From NCBI GenBank assembly GCA_951406725.2, contig OX597824.1, forward strand, positions 89,838,001-89,902,000: a DNA stretch of 64,000 bases, in the 5' to 3' direction. The DNA comes from Octopus vulgaris (Eukaryota). Each line of letters opens with the position of its first letter. The first letter of the stretch is position 1. The notes beneath the pieces were generated by a model. The model had not been told where the DNA came from. It did no database searches and saw only the letters and a program-made list of their open reading frames with translations. Made by a program: the position numbers and the translations under genes. Of the stretch, positions 55,519-64,000 are shown one piece after another.

Positions 55519-55692
55519 GGTCCGAGGCTATAGTAGAAGACACTTGCCCAAGGTGCCACGCAGTGGGACTGAACCCAGAACCATGTGGTTGGTAAGCAAG
55601 CTTCTTACCACACAGCCACTCCTGCGCCTGAATATATTTGATTATAAATGCAAAACAACACCACGGAGGAATTGACGTAAGCATAAATAATA

Positions 55693-55776
55693 AACCGCGA
55701 TAGGTGAACCGCGATAGGTGAACCGTGATATGTGAACCGCGATAGGTGAACCGCGATAGAGCGAGAGCTTACTGTA
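55693..55776. repeat. 14-bp tandem (GAACCGCGATAGGT x~5) ending in ..TTACTGTA; probable Tigger/pogo-type transposon end
   Basis: Direct repeats visible; CTG|TA terminus; partner end not found. Confidence 0.5.
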
Positions 55777-56144
55777 TTCGTATACCATGCACTCTACCCT
55801 CCATTATTATCACCCTTTCATTGTCGTACAGACGAACCTTCTTCAGCCCATTGTATCGCTGTTTGAAAAGATCTTTTGTCACCTATTCCACGAAACGAAG
55901 CATCTTTAGCTACGTTTTCACCGCTTTGTTATATGTCTTTCATCAGTTTCTCTCTTCTGGAAGTTGCACCCAATTTTGAACACTCAGCACTTCTTTATAC
56001 AGCTGCTATCTCCATATACATCACATACCCGGACTATCACAAACACCTCTCTTACACACCACATCTCATTCCACTACTAACCATACATATTTTTATACAT
56101 ACATGAACACACACACACACACACACACCCACACACACACACTC

Positions 56145-56182
<38 letters not shown>

Positions 56183-56210
56183 CAATAATAATAATAATAA
56201 TAATAATAAT

Positions 56211-56758
56211 TGCCCTGATGCAGTACCAGGCAGTGGCTCTCATGGCTTCTGATCTTAACTGATTGGAAGTGTTATCATGTACATTGTTTTGTCTTGGTAT
56301 AAAAGATGGGCTACAGCAAATATTCTGCTCAATACCACAGATTTGCTTGTCAGTTGTTTGACCTTAACCAGTTGAGCATGTCCCTTAGGGGCTGACGATA
56401 TGTGCATCTCTGATCACGAGTAGAAGTAGTCGGGGAGCATCATAGTCATGTGTTGAGAAGGATTCTTTGAATCATTCACCTCTGGAAACATGGGTGGTTC
56501 TTTCAACATCCTTAAACAACCCTTATTCAGGGACCGTTTGAGCGGGATGGGCTACTCAACCTGAAGAAAATTCTAACTGGGCCCCACCTGCAAGGTCATG
56601 TGCTGTTTATCTTGATATGAGATCACCATGTCGCACACATATGGTTGTGATGCATGTGCCTGGTGTACCCTTATCAGACGGGTAGCCGTGATGGGTATAC
56701 TGGGCTTCGTATATTTTACCATAGTGTCACTTTGATGGCATGCACTGCTCTCTCACTC
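56211..56758 (+). mobile_element. About 550-bp non-coding element inserted in (TAA)n, copy 2
   Basis: Reverse complement of 13793-14340; (AAT)n on both sides. Confidence 0.8.
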
Positions 56759-56771
56759 AATAATAATAATG

Positions 56772-56887
<116 letters not shown>

Positions 56888-56908
56888 GTGACAGACATAT
56901 AAATGCAC

Positions 56909-57007
<99 letters not shown>

Positions 57008-57159
57008 TATACATACATGCAAACATGCGTGCATTCATACCTAAATCCACATATCCGTATATAATGTATATTTAAAGCTTTTACACCCATGTGGTCTTTT
57101 GAAACAGTTTTATACCCGCCAACCTTTTACAGAGAATTAAACCTCCTTGCACTCTGCAA

Positions 57160-57373
57160 CCTTTACTCTTTACTCTTTTACTTGTTTCAGTCATTTGACT
57201 GCGGCCATGCTGGAGCACCGCCTTTAGTCGAGCAACTCGACCCCGGGACTTATTCTTTGGAAGTCTAGTACTTATTCTATCGGTCTCTTTTGCCGAACCG
57301 CTAAGTGACGGGGACATAAACACACCAGCATCGGTTGTCAAGCAATGCTAGGGGAACAAACACAGACACACAA

Positions 57374-57414
<41 letters not shown>

Positions 57415-57585
57415 CATATATACGACGGGCTTCTTTCAGTTTCCGTCTACCAAATCCACTCACAAGGCTTTGGTCGGCCCGAAGCTATAGTAGAAGGCAC
57501 TTGCCCAAGGTGCCACACAGTGGGACTGAACCCGGAACCATGTTGTTGGTTAGCAAGCTACTTACCACACAGCCATTCCTCCGCC
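57160..57585 (-). mobile_element. SINE family A, full length
   Basis: Homology to the other copies. Confidence 0.88.
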
Positions 57586-57942
57586 TTTATTGTATTATTT
57601 TATTTTTTAATTTTATTTTCTTTCGTTTCCACCCATTTTATTGTATCTTACTGTTCTTTTTTCCATTCCATTCTAGTTTTTACCATTTCTTCTCGTCTTT
57701 CTCCCTACCTATCCTACTAATGGCGTTACCTTCTTATCTTTCTAAAAGGTATATTAAATATAAATAGTTTAATACTGCTCTATATCATATTATATATTGC
57801 TTATGAATAACTAATAAATGTCAAAACGGTCTTTCTGCGATCTTTAAGACCAATCGTAGTCTTCGAATTCAGTGAATATTAACCTAAATCCACACACACG
57901 CACACACACACACACACACGTATATATGGGGCTGGGTTATAT

Positions 57943-58130
<188 letters not shown>

Positions 58131-58135
58131 CATTA

Positions 58136-58197
<62 letters not shown>

Positions 58198-58206
58198 CAT
58201 ATATAC

Positions 58207-58270
<64 letters not shown>

Positions 58271-58949
58271 TATATTATATTTTGTGTGTGTTTGTGTGTT
58301 ATAACTTAATAAGGAGAGAAGCTTCTGTCCTCGTGACCTTTTCACAAGGCCCGTGAGATAAGGGGAAAAGCGCGGGTTAATGGTAAACCGCGCCCCATAA
58401 CCTGCTTTAGTAAGAACATTGGATCAAGATATTTAATGTTTTCTGAAATCGGAAAAGATTATTTTCAATCCATTGGTCTTCCTTATCCATGTAAGAGTTT
58501 GGATTTCTTCTGGATAAAACTTCAGTCCACCGGAAATAACATTTGCCAGGAAATATTGGTAAAACAACGGGATGCAGGAGCCAACGAGACAGCTCTTTCA
58601 ATCAGCTGGAAATAGCAGTCAAGTTACCTGGACTCACGCATCGTCGTCAAATCAGAGGCCTGGTGCTTTCATTAAAATTTATGCACAAACCAAGTAGCCA
58701 TGTGTGTATGTATGAGCTTGTATATGTACACATATATGCAGGTATGAATGCATATATATTCATATACATGCACACGTAGATGCGCACACGCACACAAAGA
58801 TGCAATCAATGACGTCATTGGATATGTGGATTTTATTCCATGCTAAACTTTTGGAATGTTTTTATATACTTCGACAATGCCTTTCCATAGCTTGTAGCTG
58901 TAATATTCTGATTAGTCGTGTCCTTTCAGGCTTTGTGAAACCTACAAAG

Positions 58950-59242
58950 AAGAACAGACAAAGGGATTAAGTCGATTATATCGACTCCAGTGCGTAACTG
59001 GTACTTATTTAATCGACCCTGAAAGGATGAAAGGCAAAGTTGACCTCGGTGGAATTTGAACTCAGAACATGAAGACAGACGAAATACCGTGTCCGGCGTC
59101 CTAACGTTTCTGCTAGCTCCCCGCCTTCAAGGACTTATTCTTTGTAAGCCTAATACTTATTCCATCGGTCTCTTTTGCCGAGCCGCTAAGTTACAGGGAC
59201 GTAAACACACCAGCATCGGTTGTCAAGCGATGGAGGTGGGGA

Positions 59243-59330
<88 letters not shown>

Positions 59331-59485
59331 CTTCTTTCAGTTTCTGTCAACCAAATCCACTCACAAGGCTTTGGTCGGCCCGAGGCTATAGTAGAAGGCA
59401 CCTGCCCAAATTGCCACGCAGTGGGACTGAACTTGGAACCATGTGGTTGGTAAGCAAACTACTTACCACTCACCCACTCCTGCGC

Positions 59486-59580
<95 letters not shown>

Positions 59581-59738
59581 GGGCTTCTTTCAGTTTCCGT
59601 TCACCAAATCCATTCACAAGGCTTTGGTCGTCCGAGGTTATGATAGAAGACACTTGCCCAAGGTACTCCGCAGTGCGTCTGAACCCATAACCATGTGGAT
59701 GGAAAGCAAACTATTTACCACACAGCCACGCCTGCGCC
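58950..59738 (-). mobile_element. Cluster: SINE B (58950-59125) and two SINE A copies (59130-59488, 59580-59738)
   Basis: Homology to the other copies. Confidence 0.8.
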
Positions 59739-60373
59739 TTTATATCAATCTCTGCTGGGCAAGCGATTTTAAATCCCTGACTTCGTTGCTTTTCTCAACC
59801 TCGAACAACTATGCCTGGTGTATCACGTCTAAAAGTGCTTACATAATAATAAATATATATCACGGACAGCCTTCGATTTTTCTATCCAGACGCGGTTTTC
59901 GGTCAAATATTCACGTGCTATTATCTATGAATTAATGTCTGCCTAGAAATTAATGTTCCATAAAAGAAAAAGAATAATTATATATATACATACATGTGTA
60001 TGTGTGTGTGTGTGTTTAGATATGTATGTATATATATATATATATATATACATTTTATCTTATATTAAACTTTTAATACTTTTTGATAGTTATATATATT
60101 TTAAAAAAATATTAAATAAATAAATAAATAAATAATAAAAATAGAAATAAAAAAAAAGAAATACATATATATATATATATATATATATAAAATTTATAAA
60201 AATAAATCAATAATTTAAAATTTTTAACTTTAAATTCAAATAATTTATATTTTAAATTTTGCATTTTATATATTTTGTATATTATATTATTTATTTTTAT
60301 TTCTATGTTTTGGTTTATGTTTTTCACTGTTTGATTTGCCTAATAGTGGTTTTATCTCTAATTTAATTTATAT

Positions 60374-60427
<54 letters not shown>

Positions 60428-60440
60428 TTATTTATTTATA

Positions 60441-60786
60441 CCGTATTTGAAGGCCTATAAGATGTACGAGCGCATAGGATGTAGCTTAGTCTCGGCTATA
60501 CTTTGGTAAAATAAATTACCTCTAAAATAATGTTTTAATTCCTCCATTTACCTGTATAACTTTATGTTATTATCGATAATTACAAGCAATTTATTGCATC
60601 CACATTCGATATGAACATACCGTAGACGATTATTCACCAATAGATGGCAGCACACGTTTTATAAACATATATTCCCTTTTGAGCGAATTTTGAGCATCCA
60701 TTAAATGCATTGAACGCAAGGGGATATTTTAAACCATTTTTAGGTAAAAAAAAAAAAAAGGGCCTCTTATTCACCATCAAATATGG
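60441..60786. mobile_element. Old pogo/Tc2-like MITE
   Basis: TA|CCGTATTTGA..TAAGA and TCTTA..TCAAATATGG|TA imperfect TIRs; a similar lone end at 791-830. Confidence 0.6.
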
Positions 60787-60799
60787 TATATAGGGAGAA

Positions 60800-61035
60800 T
60801 TCACAAAAGACGAAGAGCGGGTGTAGACAACAAACAGATGTATTAGTTTAACGCTCGGGAAGTGAAAAAGTCTTTAACGTTTCGAGCCTATGCTCTTCGA
60901 CAGAAAGGAACACAGAAAGAAACAAGGAGAGAAAATAAAGAATGCGTAGTGGCTAGCGATCTGTCATGGAGACTGCCGGATAAAGGGGTCGCACAGGAGA
61001 GCTAGGAAGAAGGGTAGATAATAAAGTAGTGATAC
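60800..61035 (-). mobile_element. Penelope-like terminal-repeat remnant with HHR variant (60872-60907)
   Basis: rc CUUU-CUGUCGA-A-GAGC-AUAG-GCUC-GAAAC-GUU-AAAG. Confidence 0.65.
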
Positions 61036-61038
61036 ACA

Positions 61039-61081
<43 letters not shown>

Positions 61082-61234
61082 TTTACTTTCATTCCTTCAT
61101 TCTTTTACTTGTTTAGCGATCTGTCATGGAGACTGCGGATAAAGGGGTCGCACAGGAGAGCTAGGAAGAAGGGAAGATAATAAAGTAGTGATACACACAC
61201 ACATACACACACACACACACATATATACATATAT

Positions 61235-61400
61235 ATACGACGGGATTGTTTCAGTTTCCGTCTACCAAATCCACTCACAAGGCTTTGGTCGGCCCGAGGC
61301 TATAGTTGAAGACATTTGCTCAAGAAGCCACGCAGTTGGACTGAATCCGGAACCATGTGGTTGGGAAGCAAGCTACTTAACACTCACCCATTCCTGCGCC

Positions 61401-61459
<59 letters not shown>

Positions 61460-61535
61460 CGCAGGAGTGGCTGTGTGGTACAGGGACCTAAACATACCAA
61501 TATTGGTTGTCAAGCGATGGTGGGAAAGAAACACG

Positions 61536-61567
<32 letters not shown>

Positions 61568-62132
61568 CATATATATACGACGGGATTGTTTCAGTTTCCG
61601 TCTACCAAATTCACTCACAAGGCTTTGGTCGGCTATAATAGAAGGCACTTGCCCAAGAAGCCACGCAGTGAGACTGAACCCAGAACCATGTGGTTGGGAA
61701 GCAAGCTACTTACCACACACCCACCCCTACGCCTATTATATATATATATATATACATATGTACACACACACACACACACACTAGCAATGCGTCCCGTCGA
61801 AAAAAGCCGACAAATACCTCGTCGAAGCTTTCAACTTAATGTATAATATACATAATGCGACCTCAAAGAAATGATAAAGTGTGTAGAAACATTTCTATCA
61901 AATGAGGTTATCCTCGCAACTGGGTGGGTGGGGGTGGGGAACTCCCTTTAGAAATCTTTAAGTCTAAAACAGTGAGATAACCACATCAGCTGAGCGACTT
62001 TTAATAAAATTTATACCATGGAATTCAACAGGGACACCGTTTTGTAGACAATCGATAGATATTGATACGCGCTTATGAATTCGTTCACGTGTAATATATA
62101 TTAAGCTGAACACAAAATAAATAAATAAATAA

Positions 62133-62230
<98 letters not shown>

Positions 62231-62332
62231 GGCGTAGATGCATCTATATACATAGATGTAAATGGTTACGTGTCTGCGTGCTTATACATATATATTAATA
62301 ATATATGCGATATATATAATTGCGTATATATC

Positions 62333-62367
<35 letters not shown>

Positions 62368-62570
62368 ACATATGTGCGTATATACATACATATATATGTA
62401 TACATGACAGGCTTCTTTCAGTTTCCGTCTACGAAATCCACTCACAAGGCTTTGGTCTATCCGAGGCTATAGTAAAAGGCACTTGCCCAAGATGCAACGC
62501 AGCGGGACTGAACCCGGAACCATGTAGTTGGGAAGCAAGCTTCTTACCACACAGCCACTCCTGCGCCTAT
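61235..62570 (-). mobile_element. Three partial SINE A copies (61235-61402, 61575-61735, 62405-62570)
   Basis: Homology; the first two share diagnostic variants (GGGATTGTTTCAG, AAGAAGCCACG), suggesting local duplication. Confidence 0.75.
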
Positions 62571-62602
62571 ACGTGTGTGTATGTGTATGTGTGTGTGTGT
62601 GT

Positions 62603-62634
<32 letters not shown>

Positions 62635-62635
62635 T

Positions 62636-62694
<59 letters not shown>

Positions 62695-62743
62695 GGATAG
62701 ATAGATATGTATATATAAAAGCATATGTATGCGTATATGAATG

Positions 62744-62788
<45 letters not shown>

Positions 62789-63102
62789 GTATTATATAAA
62801 ATGTGCAATATATGCATATATGGTATATACAGAATATATATTTTACAAAAAAATTGTTATATATATATATATATATATATGATATCCAATATGTGTATGC
62901 TTATACGCGTGTCTATACACCTATATATGTATATATATATATATGTGTATGTATATACAATCATATTTACAAAGCTTTTAATAAATATTCTACATGCATC
63001 TTTTTCAATGTGTTCAATACAAACACAATTTTCATAAATGTTTGTCTGTGCGTGCGTATATGTGCGCAGAGGCTTATGTGTTTCTTTCTCTGTCTGTCTG
63101 TC

Positions 63103-63174
<72 letters not shown>

Positions 63175-63279
63175 TAGTATTTTAATATATAACACATTAA
63201 GCACGGTATCTGTTTGGATCAATAATCTGAAATGGAAACATACGGTATATTTATTAAATGGTATATATACTTGTCTGTA

Positions 63280-63322
<43 letters not shown>

Positions 63323-63379
63323 GTGTGTGTGTTCCCTTTCTATTGAAATGAATCGTAGCAACTATATGTGTGTTACGTA

Positions 63380-63419
<40 letters not shown>

Positions 63420-63549
63420 TTATATATACATACATACGTAAATACATACATATAAGAAATAATTAAGATTCATTGCAATTAGATACTTAAAATGAGTCGC
63501 CAAGTCAATCCGGTATTATCCGCACAGCTCGAAGTAAGGTGAATAAAAA

Positions 63550-63937
63550 GCGAATAAGTAACAAGGATGTCAATGTATTAATGCGTTACGGCCGTTTCAG
63601 ACAGCTCCATTTAATCGAACGATGCCAGCATTACATCAATTTGAAATACATCGCCATCTTGGGTTACAAAAATATAGGTTTTCAACAGACAGCATACTCC
63701 ATCATAATTTTTAGCAAATATTTCATCAGAACTAGAGAATGAAAGAATTCCATGTTGCAGAATAAACTAAAGTTGCTAAAAATTATAATGGAGTATCCTG
63801 TCTATTGAAAACTTATATTTTTGCATCCGAAGATGGCGGCGTGTTTCAAATTGATGTAATACTTACATTGTTCGATTAAGTAGAGCCGTCTGAAACGCGT
63901 ATTGCATTAATACCTTGACATCATTGTTACTTATTTG

Positions 63938-63938
<1 letters not shown>
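63550..63938. mobile_element. Diverged inverted repeat (arms 63550-63717 and 63773-63938) of a Penelope-like terminal repeat with HHR-like motif
   Basis: Arms align throughout with scattered mismatches; right arm UGCAU-CCGAAGA-U-GGCGGC-[44 nt]-GCCGUC-U-GAAAC-GC-GUA-UUGCA (63822-63906). Confidence 0.7.

Positions 63939-64000
<62 letters not shown>

Overview
Eukaryotic, AT-rich, microsatellite-saturated non-coding DNA. The repeat content looks like an Octopus (coleoid cephalopod) intergenic or intronic region; this is inferred from repeat style and not verified. No intact host gene can be supported, and almost all ORF-track entries are microsatellite artefacts. The window holds dozens of tRNA-derived SINE copies from at least 4 families, two mariner elements, R4/Dong-type and Tx1-type LINE 3' fragments, non-autonomous Helitrons, and hAT and pogo-like MITEs. 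The most striking signal is about a dozen minimal type I hammerhead-ribozyme (HHR) motifs from several unrelated Penelope-like terminal-repeat families, mostly in inverted or palindromic arrangements. One family is a composite element: a tRNA (Pol III) SINE head joined to an HHR-bearing Penelope-like tail (47.4-49.0 kb, with a deleted copy at 55.2 kb). Two small unique-sequence islands are candidate host regulatory or coding remnants: a CRE/CArG motif cluster at 16.8 kb and a GC-rich 21-bp array at 33.0 kb.
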